NCBI RefSeq assembly: GCF_006345805.1
Contig: NC_043023.1
Coordinates: forward strand, 1,612,001-1,676,000
DNA: 64,000 nt
Direction of reading: 5' to 3'
DNA from: Octopus sinensis
Lineage: Eukaryota
The notes beneath the pieces are model-generated. The model was not told the origin of the DNA and ran no database searches. It saw only the letters and a program-made list of their open reading frames with translations. A program made the translations under genes and the position numbers. Shown here in pieces: positions 1 through 12,815 of the stretch. How positions within the stretch are numbered: the stretch's first letter is position 1; each line of letters opens with the position of its first letter.

Positions 1-179
1 TGTGATGCATGTGCCTTGTGATGCATGTACCCTTATCAAATGGGTAGTCATGATGGGTATATTGGGCTTCATGTATTTGTATCCAGTTTCATTTTGACAG
101 TATGTACTGCTCTCTAAATAATAATATAATAATAATTAATAATAATAATAATGATAATAATAATAATAATGATAATAAT

Positions 180-615
180 AATCCTTTCTACTAAAGGCAC
201 AAAGCCTGACATTTTGGGGGAGGGGGCTAGTCGATTAAATCAACCCCAGAACTCAACTAGTACTTATTTTATTGACCCTGAAAGGATAAGACAAAATCAA
301 CTTTGGCAGAATTTGAACTCAGAACATAGAAATGGGTGAAATACCACTAAGAATTTTGTCCTGTGAGCTAACGATTCTGCCAGCTTGCAGCCTTAGTAAT
401 AATAATCCTTTCTACTGGAGGCATGCAACCTCATATTTGTGGGGAGGGGACTAGTCAACAACCCCAGTATATAACTGGTACTTAATTTATTGACCTTGAA
501 AGGATGACAGGCAAAGTTACCTTGGTAGAATTTGAACTCAGAATATAGTGACAGGCAAAGTACTGCTAAGTATTTCATTTAGCATGCTAACGATTCTGCC
601 TGTTCGCCACCTTCT
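180..615 (-). mobile_element. Two tandem degraded copies of SINE family B (ctggcagaatcgttagc...ttctgagttcaaatt...)
   Basis: Reverse-complement matches to better-preserved copies at 42350-42548 and 60755-60978; approximate bounds. Confidence 0.75.
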
Positions 616-1039
616 TAATAATAATAATGATGACGATGATGATGATGATCCCTTCTATTAAAGGCACCAAGGATATCTGTCTGTCTGTCTGTCTGTCTGT
701 TTATTTATTCCTTTGTCGATCCATTCATCTTATTGATCTATCTATTTTTCATTTCTCTCTCTCTCTCTCTCTCTCTCTATCCATCTATCTATCTATCTAT
801 CTATTTATTTATCTATCATGATGTAACTAATAATTGTTCATAATAATATAATAATATATGTGTGTGTTTGTAACTAATGGCTTCAAAGCCACAAATTTCA
901 AGAAGGGCATCAAACAATTATACTGACCCCAATATTTGAACAATACTGTATTTTAATCCCCCACCCCCACCCCGTCTCCCCATCCACCACCCACCCCCCA
1001 GCTGACTTCAACAAAGTTGTTACAAGTGTCGCAGAACTT

Positions 1040-1500
1040 GCCCACACTGTGCTCTGCACATCAGCTTAGGAAGGCAGCTTTGAAAGCACAGTCGTCATCA
1101 AACAGGCAAACACAGATGGTTGTCTGCTGTAACCAAGGTTCTTTTGCTTGAAGCCTCCCAGCGTTAAAGAATGAGCAAGCAGAACGGTATGAGAAGCCGA
1201 TTCCTGTAGCTGTGTCTTTGAAGACATCTGCGACTTTGGCTGTAAACAGGAAACAGAACAGAAGGTGGGGGAGCATCTTTCATGGTGAGTTCAACGAGAG
1301 ACCTGACTGTGACAGTGTCTCCTGGAAAGGAGACATTGACAAACATGGGGCTTGAAACAGCAATGGCAACGGTCTGCTACTTCTCCAGACTTGTATAGAA
1401 AATGGCTCCTAATTACAAGCATCGTCCTCCACCACCCTGCTAGGAACAGAATATGGGTTTTGCTTGAAGCTGCCTGAGGTTTAGGAATGATCAATTGGTG
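1040..1500 (+). pseudogene. Degraded LINE (RTE-like) AP-endonuclease fragment
   Basis: Manual translation IFHGEFNERPDCDSVSWKGDIDKHG*NSNGNGLLLLQTCIENG/LLITSIVLHHPARNR resembles GDFNAR...W.G..G.HG...N.NG..LL..C....L.ITNT of RTE endonucleases; stops and frameshifts present. Confidence 0.6.
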
Positions 1501-1589
1501 CAGTATGAGAGGCTGATGGCCACGATAGGGTGCTGAATAGTTCCTGGTTTTGGGTAAAAGAAAATATATGGGGATCAGTGAAATATGAT

Positions 1590-1706
1590 TTTTTTATTTA
1601 ACATATTCCCTTCTTAGATTCACACATTTATTTCAAAGGTCCCTCAGTTTTTCTAAGCCCTGTTAAAAGAACTCGGAAATTGGGCCTCCAGCCAGGCCTT
1701 TTGAGA
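1590..1706 (-). mobile_element. Mariner transposase C-terminal remnant truncated by the assembly gap
   Basis: Minus translation GLAGGPISEFF*QGLEKLRDL*NKCVNLRREYVK resembles the mariner C-terminus (FF..GI..L..RW.KCV...GEY). Confidence 0.55.
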
Positions 1707-1806
1707 NNNNNNNNNNNNNNNNNNNNNNNNNNNNNNNNNNNNNNNNNNNNNNNNNNNNNNNNNNNNNNNNNNNNNNNNNNNNNNNNNNNNNNNNNNNNNN
1801 NNNNNN
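1707..1806. other. Assembly gap (100 N)
   Basis: Run of exactly 100 N, typically an unsized gap. Confidence 1.
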
Positions 1807-1918
1807 CTGCCAGATCAGATTGGAGACTTGTGCAGCCATCTGGTTCACCAGTCCCCAGTCAAACCGTCCAACCCATGCCAACATGGAAAGGTGATATTAA
1901 ACGATGATGATGATGATA
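1807..1918 (+). mobile_element. 3' end of RTE-tail repeat ending in (ATG)n
   Basis: ctgccagatcagattggag...ccaacccatgccaacatggaaagg..attaaacgatgatgatg; same tail as 62720-62890. Confidence 0.75.
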
Positions 1919-2021
1919 ATATACATATATATATATATGTATATACAGGTAGCAGAAAAGGCCTTTTCACTTCTATTTCTAAATTCGGTGTGTGGTGAAG
2001 CAATTAGATGACCCCTGATTA

Positions 2022-2062
<41 letters not shown>

Positions 2063-2110
2063 ACACACACACACACATATATTAATACGTACGCACTGTA
2101 TATACATATA

Positions 2111-2521
2111 CTCTCTTTTCTTTACTCTTTTACTTGTTCCAGTCATTTGACTGTGGCCATGCTGGAGCACTGCCTTTTAGTCGAGCAAATCGACCCTGGG
2201 ATTTATTCTTTGTAAGCCCAGTACTTATTCTATCGGTCTCTTTTGCCGAATCGCTAAGTGACGGAGACGTAAACACACCAGCACTGGTTGTCAAGCAATG
2301 CTAGGGGGACAAACACAGACACACAAGCACACACATACATATATATATATGCATATATACAACAGGCTTCTTTCAGTTTCCGTCTACCAAATCCACTCAC
2401 AAGGCATTGGTCGGCCCGGAGCTATAGCAGAAGACACTTGCCCAAGGTGGCCACGCAGTGGGACTGAACCTGGAACCATGTGGTTGGTTAGCAAGCTACT
2501 TTCCACACAGCCACTCCTGCG

Positions 2522-2524
<3 letters not shown>
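2111..2524 (-). mobile_element. tRNA-derived SINE family A, full length
   Basis: Reverse complement of ggcgcaggagtggctgtgtggtaag...gttcagtcccactgcg...(TA/TG)n...aagtaaaagag; near-identical copies across the window. Confidence 0.9.
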
Positions 2525-2556
<32 letters not shown>

Positions 2557-2654
2557 ATATATATATATATATATATATCAGCTTGCTTCCTAACCATATG
2601 GTACCGGATTCAGTCCTAATGTGTGGAATCTAGGGTAAGTGTCTTATGAGTGGA

Positions 2655-3552
2655 TTTGGAAGGCATAAAGAGCGATTAAACCAACTTTTGCACGAAAATT
2701 CTCATCAAACAACAAAGGAACTGGCAGAGAAAATGGAATGCTCCCACACTGCTACAGAGAAACACCTTCACTCGATGGGAAAGGTTCAGAAGTATGGACC
2801 ATGGGTTCCGCATGCTTTAAGTGACAACAACAAAAATCAACGAGCCACAATCTCCGCTGGTTTGCTTGCTCGTCACCGCTCAACTCATGGACACAAGCAA
2901 TGATGTCTTTACCGAATCATTACTGGCGACGAAAAATGGTGCCTGTTCATCAATATGAAGCAGCATAAGAATTGGCTTAGCCCTGGTAAACTAGCAACAC
3001 TGCGCATGAAACAAGATCGTCATTTGCATAAAACAATGTCATGCGTATGGTGGGACTGGGAAGGGATTATCCATTACGAATTGCTTGAACAGAACCTAAC
3101 AGTCAATGTGGAAATTTATGTTCAACAGATGGAGCGACTCAACACGGCTATTCAAGAGAAAAGACCTAATTGGCAGCTTGGGGTTCTTCTGCTGCACGAT
3201 AACACCCGCCCTCATATTGCCAATATGACCAAGGAAAACATTCAAATGCATGGCTGGGAAATGCTGCCACACCCGATGTACTCTCCTGACTTGGCACCAA
3301 CAGATTTCCACCTCTTTCAATTTCTTTCAATGCTGATGCAGAATTGAGAGCTTGGTTGGATCAATTTTTTGAGTTGAAATCAGATGATTTCTACCAACAA
3401 GATATTGAAAACCTTGTTGAACGTTGGGAAGAAGTTGTAACCAACACAGATGGAATACATTATTGATTAATTAGTTGTTATTTTTTTATCAAACCTTTTA
3501 AAAAATTTTAAATTTAGAAAAACAGCGGGAACTTAGTTGCCAACCCAATATA
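2655..3552 (+). mobile_element. 5'-truncated mariner (DD34D) transposase pseudogene with right TIR, mellifera-subfamily-like
   Basis: HTH region, WVPHAL, IITGDEKW, LLHDNTRPH and HPMYSPDLAPTDFHLF; one in-frame stop at 2901-2903 and a later frameshift; TIR (revcomp TTGGGTTGGCAACTAAGTTCCCGC) at ~3523-3548 followed by TA repeats. Confidence 0.92.
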
Positions 3553-3558
3553 TATGTA

Positions 3559-3591
<33 letters not shown>

Positions 3592-3602
3592 GATAGATAG
3601 TT

Positions 3603-4013
3603 GCAGGAGTGGCTGTGTGGTAAGTAGCTTGCTAACCAACCACAAGGTTCCGGGTTCAGTCCCACTGCGTGGCATCTTGGGCAAGTGTCTTCTGCTATAG
3701 CCCCGGGCCGACCAATGCCTTGTGAGTGGATTTGGTAGACGGAAACTGAAAGAAGCCTGTCGTATATATGTATATATATATATATACGTATGTGTGTGTT
3801 TGTGTGTCTGTGTTTGTCCCCCTAGCATTGCTTGACAACCGATGCTGGTGTGTTTATGTCCCCGTCACTTAGCGGTTCGGCAAAAAGAGACTGATAGAAT
3901 AAGTACTAGGCTTACAAAGAATAAGTCCTGGGGTCGATTTGCTCGACTAAAGGCGGTGCTCCAGCATGGCCGCAGTCAAATGACTGAAACGAGTAAAAGA
4001 GAAAGAGAAAGAG
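3603..4013 (+). mobile_element. SINE family A, full length
   Basis: tRNA-like head with A/B boxes, internal (TA)(TG) tract, (GTAAAAGA) tail. Confidence 0.9.
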
Positions 4014-4130
4014 ATATATATATACACACACACACACATTCTGATTCACTCCCACGCAAACATATTTTCACATATAACTTATGTATATGTCTGTTGAGAC
4101 ATATCTGTATGTATGTTTGAGTATGTGTGC

Positions 4131-4178
<48 letters not shown>

Positions 4179-4183
4179 GTATG

Positions 4184-4222
<39 letters not shown>

Positions 4223-4809
4223 GTATGTATGTATATAAACATATATACACATATTTGTACATGTGTATATACACAGATTCAAACACACATACCCAGGTAC
4301 CTAAACAAATGTCAAATCACAACTGCATGTCATGTTTGTTTACCAGGGACCTCCTTCTCAACAGCCCCAACTCCTAACCACCAACCCAGTCACCCAACGC
4401 CACCATCACCACCACCACCACAAAATATAGAGACCCCTTCTTTGCCCCCCACAACCCCCTACCACACTCTGAAAAGACCCTTTTAAAGGTTAACGTTGGA
4501 GAAACATGAAATTATCTAAACATTTCTAAATTCACCATACAGCGCTGTTATGTAAGTATTCCATTTCAGATATACAGAACAGAAACCCCTCAAAAAGTGG
4601 GGTCAGAGATGATAAGGGAATTAACCACTTAGCCCCCACATACTTCACAAGTTTTCAGCCACCCTTATATAATATATCAGTGGAGGGAACTAACCCAGAA
4701 ACACACATACACACACACACACACATTCACACACACACACACATATATTTTGCAGATGGAAACTGAATGAATCCCATTGCATATGTATACCCTCCCATCA
4801 ATGGCTAGA

Positions 4810-5310
4810 CACAGATATGACTGTGTGGTAAAAAGTTGGCTTCCCAACTCCATGGTTCTTGGTTCAGTCCCACTCCGTGGTACCTTACCAAATGTCTTCT
4901 ACTATAGCACTGGGATGACCAAAAACTTGTGAGTGGAATTGGTGGATGGAAACTGAAAGAAGCCTGTTGTTTATTCTTTTGTTTTTCTCTTTTACTAGTT
5001 TGTCATTTGATTGTGGCCATGCTGGAGCACTGCCTTAAAGGACTTTAGCTGAAGAAACTGACTCCAGGATTTTTTCTTTGTAAGCCTAGTACTTATTCTA
5101 TCGGTTGTCAAGCGATACTGGGGGGACAAACAGAGACACACACACACATACATATATATGTGTGTGTGTGTGTGTGTGTGATGGGCTTCTTTCAGTTTCC
5201 GTCTACAAATGCTTTGGTTGGCTTGAGGATAGAGTGGAAGACATATGTGTAAGGTTCCATGCGATGGGATTGAACCAGGAACTATGTGGTTGAGAAACAA
5301 GCTTCTTTGT
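4810..5310. mobile_element. Fragments of SINE A in both orientations (+ head 4810-4970; minus copy 4995-5305)
   Basis: Matches to SINE A segments. Confidence 0.7.
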
Positions 5311-5364
5311 TTGTGTGTGTCTTTGTGTTTGTCAACTACCACAACTTGAAATGAGTGTTGGTTT

Positions 5365-5617
5365 GTTTACAGTCTATCTATCTATCTATCTATCTATCTC
5401 TCTCTCGCTCTGTCTGTCTGTCTCTCTCTCTCTCTATCTATCTATCTACCTATCTGTCTCTCTCTCTCTCTATCTATCTCTCTTTGTCTGTCTGTCTGTC
5501 TCTCTCTTTCTCTCTCTCTCTCTATCTATCTATTTATCTATCTATCTATCTTTCTGTCTGTCTATCTATCTTCTATCTATCTTTGTCTGTCTGTCTATCT
5601 ATTTATCTATCTATCTT

Positions 5618-5649
<32 letters not shown>

Positions 5650-5665
5650 CATCTATCTTTGTCTG

Positions 5666-5739
<74 letters not shown>

Positions 5740-5745
5740 CATCTC

Positions 5746-5781
<36 letters not shown>

Positions 5782-5865
5782 GTCTATCTCTCTGTCTGTC
5801 TGCCTCTCTGCCTATCTATCTATCTATCTATCTGCCTACCTCTCTTTGTCTGTCTGTCTGTCTGC

Positions 5866-5904
<39 letters not shown>

Positions 5905-5982
5905 CTATCTATCTATCTATCCATCCATCCATCATCTATCTGCCTATCTGTCTGTCTATCTATCTATCCAACTATCTATCTA

Positions 5983-6060
<78 letters not shown>
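5365..6060. repeat. (TCTA)n/(TCTG)n/(CA)n compound microsatellite
   Basis: Direct inspection. Confidence 0.95.
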
Positions 6061-6063
<3 letters not shown>

Positions 6064-6319
6064 GCCTATGTGTATGCAGATATACATGTGTGAATGTATG
6101 AACAACCTTACTATTACATGTATATTTCCATCGGCGTGTGTGTCAGAACAGTTGATTTATATATATGTCTACATGTATCCATGTATTTGTTAATTGCCTG
6201 AGTGAATGTGTGTGCATGTTCATGCCTGTGTGCATGCGTGTGTGTGTGTGTGTGTGTCAGTGGTTCCTACTTTCACATCAATGGGTCATCTGACACTGTC
6301 ATCTGTCAGCAGAGAGACC

Positions 6320-7200
6320 ATAGTGGTGGTGGTGGTGATGGTGGTGGTCTTGGCACCAATATCGGTGGTAGTGGTGATGATGATATAATGTAAGAGAGCA
6401 GCTACGATTGTGATGATGGTGGTGGCAGTAGTGGTGTTGGCAATATGGGGAGGGTGGCACAGTGTTTAAGGTGGGGATGGGAAAGGTGAGCTGTGGTGAT
6501 GGTGGTATTGTTGTTGTTATTGTTATTGTTAGTGATGATTATTATGGTGGTGGGGGGTGGGGGGGTGAATGTCGGTGTCATCACAGGAGTGATGGTGGTG
6601 GTGTTAATGGTGCTGGTGATGGTGGAAGAGGATGTGAGCTGTGGTATTCGTGCTGCTGGTATTGTTTGTGATGGTTGTGATTGTATTTCTGGTGATGGTG
6701 ATGGTGATAGTTGTTGTGGTGGTGGTGATGATGGCCGTGGTGATGGTGATGGTTGTGATGGTGGTAATAGTGGTAGTGGTCATGGTGGTAGTGGTGATGA
6801 TGGTGGTAGTTGTGATGTTGATGATGGCCATGGTGGTGGTGGTAGTTGTGGTGATAGTGTTGGTGATGGTTGAGGTGGTAGGTGATGATGGTCGTAGTAG
6901 TGATGGTGGTCATCGGCATCATCATTGTGGTGGTGATGGTGATGGTAGTTGTGGTGGATATTGTTGGTGATGGTAGTAGTGGCAGTGATGATGAGGGTAG
7001 TTATGGTGATGGTGGTGGTTGAGGTGGTAGTGGTGATGGTCATAGTAGTGATAATGGTCGTCATCATTGTGGTGGGGATGGTAGTTGTGATGGTGGTGGT
7101 GTTTGCACTTGTGGTAATGATGATGACTGTTGGTGGTGTCAGCAGTGATGGGTGATTATATTGCTTAAGGTAGTGGTGGAGGTGGCAGTGGTGTTGGTAA
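6320..7200. repeat. (GGT/GAT)n low-complexity tract
   Basis: Direct inspection. Confidence 0.9.
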
Positions 7201-7908
7201 GACAATGAAGATTAGGTAGTGGTGAGGTGTCTTCCATGCTGTTGGCGCCATTGTCAGTAGCAATGGTGCTGGCGTTGGTAGCGGATGGTGACGCTAATGA
7301 TGATGTTGTTGTTCTGATGGCATTGTTGTGCAGTTGGAGTCATCGTCACAACATAACTGGATGTAGTGCTGTTGACAGGATGAGAACCAGCTATGCTTTC
7401 AGTCAGAAGGCTGGCTGCCAGGTATTGTTGCCGAGTCAGCCAGCCAGTAAATTCGGTGGAGACCCAGTGACAACCACACAGTTTTTATCATTTAAACAAA
7501 TCAGAACCTCAAACACAGACTTTGCCTGAAGTAGAAGGCAGGTAGGTGGCTGAGTGGTGAATGACAAGTGCAAGATATGGTGATGGTCACCCATCCCCAT
7601 TCCCGCCCATCCATAGACAATAGCAGAACCGGGAATCCAGGAAGAGAAAAATAATTTGTTTCAGCTGAACCTTTTAACAGGAATGGAGCTTCAGGCATAA
7701 CCAGAAATTGTCTGTTTGTATTTAACATCTCATTTGCTGACCATGTTTAAACACTGCAAACTTTTAATACAAACAACATAAAAGTAAGTTACTTTTGTCT
7801 GAACAACATCTCAAACTGTATAAAAACTTACTACATAACAAACACTAACGATACAAAAGTAAGTTGCTCTCATCTGGAGAACATCACAAACAGCATAACA
7901 AACTTAAA

Positions 7909-8298
7909 CAGGCGCAGGAGTGGCTGTGTGGTAAGTAGCTTGCTTACCAACCACATGGTTCCGTGTTCAGTCCCACTGTGTGGCACCTTGGGCAAGTGTC
8001 TTCTACTATAGCCTCGGGCCGACCAAAGCCTTGTGAGTAGATTTGGTAAACGGAAACTGAAAGAAGCCCGTCGTATATATGTATATATATATGTGTGTGT
8101 GTGTGTGTTTGTGTTTGTCACCCTAGCATTGCTTGACAACCGATGCTGGTGTGTTTACGTCCCCGTCACTTAGCGGTTCGGCAAAAGAGACTGACAGAAT
8201 AAGTACTGGGCTTACAAAGAATAAGTCTCGGGGTTGATTTGCTCGACTAAAGGTGGTGCTCCAGTCAAATGACTGAAAAGATTAAAAGAGTAAAAGAA
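7909..8298 (+). mobile_element. SINE family A, full length
   Basis: High similarity to 3603-4013 and 22047-22450. Confidence 0.9.
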
Positions 8299-8799
8299 CA
8301 TGAAAGTTAACTAACTTTTGTACAGACATCATCACAAATAGAAAACACAAACATGAAAGCAAGGAAGTTGCTTTTGCCTTAATAACTTCACAAATAACTT
8401 TAAAAATATAATGTGAAAGTAAGTTACTCTTGTCTCAAAAACATCCTAAACAACATAATAAACACAAATAATTTAAGTTACCCTTATCTGAACAGCATCA
8501 CTTCTGAGATTTGGGCAACCAACACCAATTATTATCATCATCAAAATCAATATAATACTGTTTCAAATTTTGGCACAAGACTAGCAATTAGTGGGAGAAG
8601 TAAGTCAATTACATCAACACCAGTACTTAACAGGTACTTATTTTATTGACCCAGAGAGGGATGAAAGGCAAAGTTAACCTCAGCAGAATTTGAACTCAGC
8701 ATAAGGCAGTGACCAAGACCTTTGGCATTAGGTTGTACTTGAAAAGAGGACTCATCAAGCCAAGCAAAATTGTAGCTGTGGCAGATACTGGTGTCACGC

Positions 8800-9000
8800 A
8801 AATGGCACCCATACCAGTGGTACGTAGAAGCACCCATTACACTCTCAAGGTGATTGGCATTAGGAAGGGCATCCAGTGACAGAAAACCATGCAAAATCAG
8901 ACTAGAGTCTGGTGCAGCCTTCCAGCTTACCAACCCTAGCCAAACCATCCAACCCATGCCAGCATAGACAACGGATATTAAATGATGATGATGATGATGA
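8800..9000 (+). mobile_element. RTE-tail repeat ending in (ATG)n
   Basis: ggcattaggaagggcatccag...ccaacccatgccagcatag..acggatattaaatgatgatg. Confidence 0.75.
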
Positions 9001-9450
9001 ATGTGAAGACAAAATGCTGCTAAGCATGATTCAGCCAGATTGTGGTAATAATAATGATAATAATAATAATAATAATAATAATATTAATAATTAATAATTA
9101 AATAAATGAGAATCAATAATAAATAAATGAGCAAGCAGCATGTATGTGTGACAGCGAGCTGCCGGGAAGATTAGATCAAATCTGAAACCATCACGAACCA
9201 GGAATTAAGGATCCACAAGAACAATCAAAGGAAACTATGTTCTAATGTAAGCCATCTCAGGAAACTGGAGTATATATATCATATATACACATATACAAAA
9301 AAATAACTTCCCTCGGATACGCCTCCACGACGATACATGCATGAAAATGTAAACACATAAATTGCAATATTTCTATATGAACACTGCAAATTTGTGAGTA
9401 AAATATTGGATTAAATATTTTAATTACATATACATCCATATTCATACAAG

Positions 9451-9484
<34 letters not shown>

Positions 9485-9613
9485 ATATATATATATATCA
9501 TGTGATCACGTGACCGACCAGACCATCAGATGCTGCTACACAACGCTGATCACAATGCGTTCGCATTGTTTTAGCCTTCAAATGACACCACCCCGCTGGC
9601 TAAACGAGCAGGC

Positions 9614-9651
<38 letters not shown>

Positions 9652-10251
9652 GAGGGCATTATCACACATAAATGCCACACGCTAGGAGGCTCTCATAAAG
9701 TCAAAACTACTAAAATAAACATATCGTACCGAAACGAACCCTTAGAGCAAGTCATTTCAAAACAGAATTCAGCTGCATATCACACTGTGATTTCGTAATC
9801 AGTGCAGTGGTATGCACTTTTTACTCCTCAGTGCAAGCATAATTCAAGATATATAATGAATGAACAAAAACAACATACCAGGCAAACAATCATCGTATCC
9901 AACGCATGTAGAAATGTTTACCCCTTATACATCTATGTAAATGGTGGGCTTTTTCGAATTGCATTTTGGTAACAACATGCTTATTTGGAATAAAAATTCA
10001 GTATTAAATATACTCCAGTTAAATTTACAATTTAAAAATAGGATAAAATCTTCATAAGAATTTATCAAGTAGTTAGCATGAAAAAGCTCATAAGAGAAAA
10101 AATCCATCAATTTTTTTCACTTAGATATATATATTTATATTATATAGAGGGTATTATTACACATAAATGCCACATGCTAGGAGGGACTCTTAAAGTCAAA
10201 ACTACTAAAATAAATTGTTTTTAAAAGACTTGCTTCAAGAGTTCGTTTCGG

Positions 10252-10455
10252 ATAACTGGTCCCTCAACTGGGTCAACAATTGGCAGACTCTCCTTCTCCC
10301 ATTTATTTTCTACATTTAGCAGCCTTTCATAATGGTGTTTCCAAGACTCTTTGCAGAATCATTAAATGCAAGTGAACCATCTTCCATGTGGATACATTTC
10401 TCTCCTATGACATCATGATTTTCTCTCAAACACTGTCTAACAATCTGAAACACTT
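10252..10455 (-). pseudogene. RTE LINE ORF remnant (linker between endonuclease and RT)
   Basis: Minus translation RQCLRENHDVIGEKCIHMEDGSLAFNDSAK.../...ESLPIVDPVEGPV, with frameshifts; assignment from recalled similarity. Confidence 0.55.
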
Positions 10456-10468
10456 ACAAAATTCCTCA

Positions 10469-10862
10469 TCTCTCTCCATATATAAAGCTGAAGTTGTTTG
10501 AGTGTGGCAGGTTTGGTAACCTTCAACTAACACTATCTCCTCCAAGACCCTGCAGCGGAAGTTGACCAAAATTGAGAATATGATAGAAGAAGGCTTGCTC
10601 TTCATTCCATAGAAGAAAAAATTCAAATCGGACCATGTTAACACCAAAAATTATTTACATCAAAAAGGTGCTTTTTTTCTATGAAAATCCCTATTTTTTA
10701 CAATTTTTTGACTGCTGTGTCGCCTTTTTTCGGTGTATTTCAACCAGAAAAATGTTCACTTGAAGAGAATAACAAGCTACATAATGCAAAATTTTTACTT
10801 TTCAAAAATTCCAATTCTAAAGGGTCAAAACAAACCCAAGCAACGTCGGGCGATACTGCTAG
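10469..10862 (+). mobile_element. Non-autonomous Helitron-like element
   Basis: Begins A|TC..TATATAAAGCTGAAGTTGT and ends with imperfect hairpin cccaagcaacgtcggg + cgatactgCTAG|T; same termini as 16363-16667. Confidence 0.75.
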
Positions 10863-11789
10863 TTATTCTAAAACTTAACTGAAACCAAGGCAGTGTATTT
10901 CTACAGAAATCTTGCAACAAAAAATGTTGGCCCTTTCGACATCAACCTGTCTTAGACAACCCTTCCCTTGGTTCTATGATGCAAACTTGCTGTTTTATAG
11001 TGACCTTAATTAAAACCCTTCATTAAAATTTCATGTTAATTTTGTTCCAACACCAACTCAATTATGGCAATGTTCTTTTACTAATTCCTTCATTATCTTC
11101 CATTGAGACCAACCTGCCAGAGAGCAACCAGGGTTCCGTGATACAAGCTTCCTGTTTTAAAGAGATCTAAATTAAAACCCTCCATCAAAATCTTAGGTTA
11201 ATTTATATTCTAAGAACCAGCTTGATAACGGCAAAGCTATTTTACTAAATTCTTTGTTATTTTCGAAATTAATTGGAACAATGACAGCGAATTTCAACAG
11301 AAATACAGCAACAAAAAGGGTTAAAGAGATTGAAATTAAGATCTTCCATCAAAACACAATGTTAATTTGTGTTCCAAACACAAGCTTAATAATAACCAAA
11401 TTATTTTGCTAAATACTTCATTATTTTTCAAAATTAATTGAAAGACAGACACTGTATTTGAATAGAAAGATGGTATCAAAAGAGTTAACTCGTTTGACAT
11501 CAACCAGTTGGAGACTGGCTCCAGTTTTACGAACCAAATTCTTGTTTGGACTTTAAACATTTCCAAAGTAATGATTATTTATTCCCGTTGTTTCGAATTA
11601 ATCATGGCTTATCTCATAGCTTTGAGATTTCTATGTTGTGATTGTTTATATTTAGAATGACATTGCAGGGGATGTGTGAGAGGCTGGATCTTGCTGATTT
11701 GAACATAAAACAAGTGGAGTAATTAGCTGTAATCCCCTAGCATCTGGATTACTCTGTCAAATGTGATGCTTATTTAATTCTATAACTCT

Positions 11790-12166
11790 TTTATTTGTTT
11801 CAGTCATTTGACTGTGGCCATGCTGGAGCACCACATTTAGTCGAGGAAATCAATCCCAGGACTTATTCTTTGTAAGCCTAGTACTTATTCTATCAGTCTC
11901 TTTTGCCGAACTGCTAAGTTACGGGGGATGTAAACACACCAGCATCGGTTGTCAAGTGATGTTGGGGGGACAAACACAGACACACAAACATATGTGTATA
12001 TATACACAACAGGCTTTTTTCAGTTTCCATCTACCAAATCCACTCACAAGGTTTTGGTCAGCCCGAGGCTATAGTAGAAGACCTTTGCCCAAGGTGCCAC
12101 ACAGTGGGAATAAACTCAGAACCATGAGGTTGGTAAGCAAGCTACTTACCACACAGCCACTCCTAT
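11790..12166 (-). mobile_element. SINE family A
   Basis: Reverse-complement match. Confidence 0.88.
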
Positions 12167-12419
12167 TCTGTCAAATGTAAATTAAACATATAGAATATTT
12201 GGGCCAATATCATTAGATTCAATGCAAAAGGTTTAAAGTAATCAAAATTAAAACCATCCATCAAAATTTCATGCTAATTAATGTTGCAGTAGTAATGAAT
12301 TTATTTTTTGACTAAATTCTTCATTATTCATTTTTGATATGGATCCGCCTGAGACCAAAATGATACAAACTTCTTATTTTAAAAGGATTAAAATTTAATC
12401 CTTCCTTCAAAATTACATA

Positions 12420-12815
12420 CTCTTTACTTCTTTACTTGTTTCAGTCATTTTGACTGCAGCCATGCTGGAGCACTGCCTTTAGTCAAGCAAATAGACCCCA
12501 GGACTTATTCCTTGTAAGCCTAGTACTTATTCTATCGGTCTCTGCTGCTGAACCGCTAAGTTACGGGGACATAAACACACCAGCATCGGTTGTCAAGCGA
12601 TGTTGGGGGTACACACACACACATGCATATATATATATATATATATATATATGTACGATGGGCTTCTTTCAGTTTCTGTCTACCAAATCCACTCACAAGG
12701 CTTTGGTTGGCCTGAAGCTATAGTAGAAGACACTTGCCCAAGATGCCATGCAGTGGGACTGAACCCGGAAACATGTGGTTGGTAAGCAAGCTACTTACCA
12801 CACAGCCATTCCTGT
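12420..12815 (-). mobile_element. SINE family A
   Basis: Reverse-complement match. Confidence 0.88.

Noticed and set aside
5315-7205. ORFs of YLSI, VVMV and His/Thr runs; similar ORFs at 13.2-15.3, 31.5-32.0, 38.6-40.2, 45.4-46.4 and 51-53.5 kb
   Set aside because: Simple-repeat translations with no splice or homology evidence
7436-7525. Possible minus-strand terminal exon (acceptor ccttctacttcAG, AKSVFEVLICLNDKNCVVVTGSPPNLLAG*) in phase with the STPG exon
   Set aside because: No family motif or independent support; could be a chance AG in unique sequence; needs RNA-seq
10235-10275. Hammerhead-like GAAAC / (C)AGTTGAG pattern on the minus strand
   Set aside because: Core has substitutions, stems I and III cannot form, and the sequence reads as RTE ORF remnant (IVDPVEGPV)
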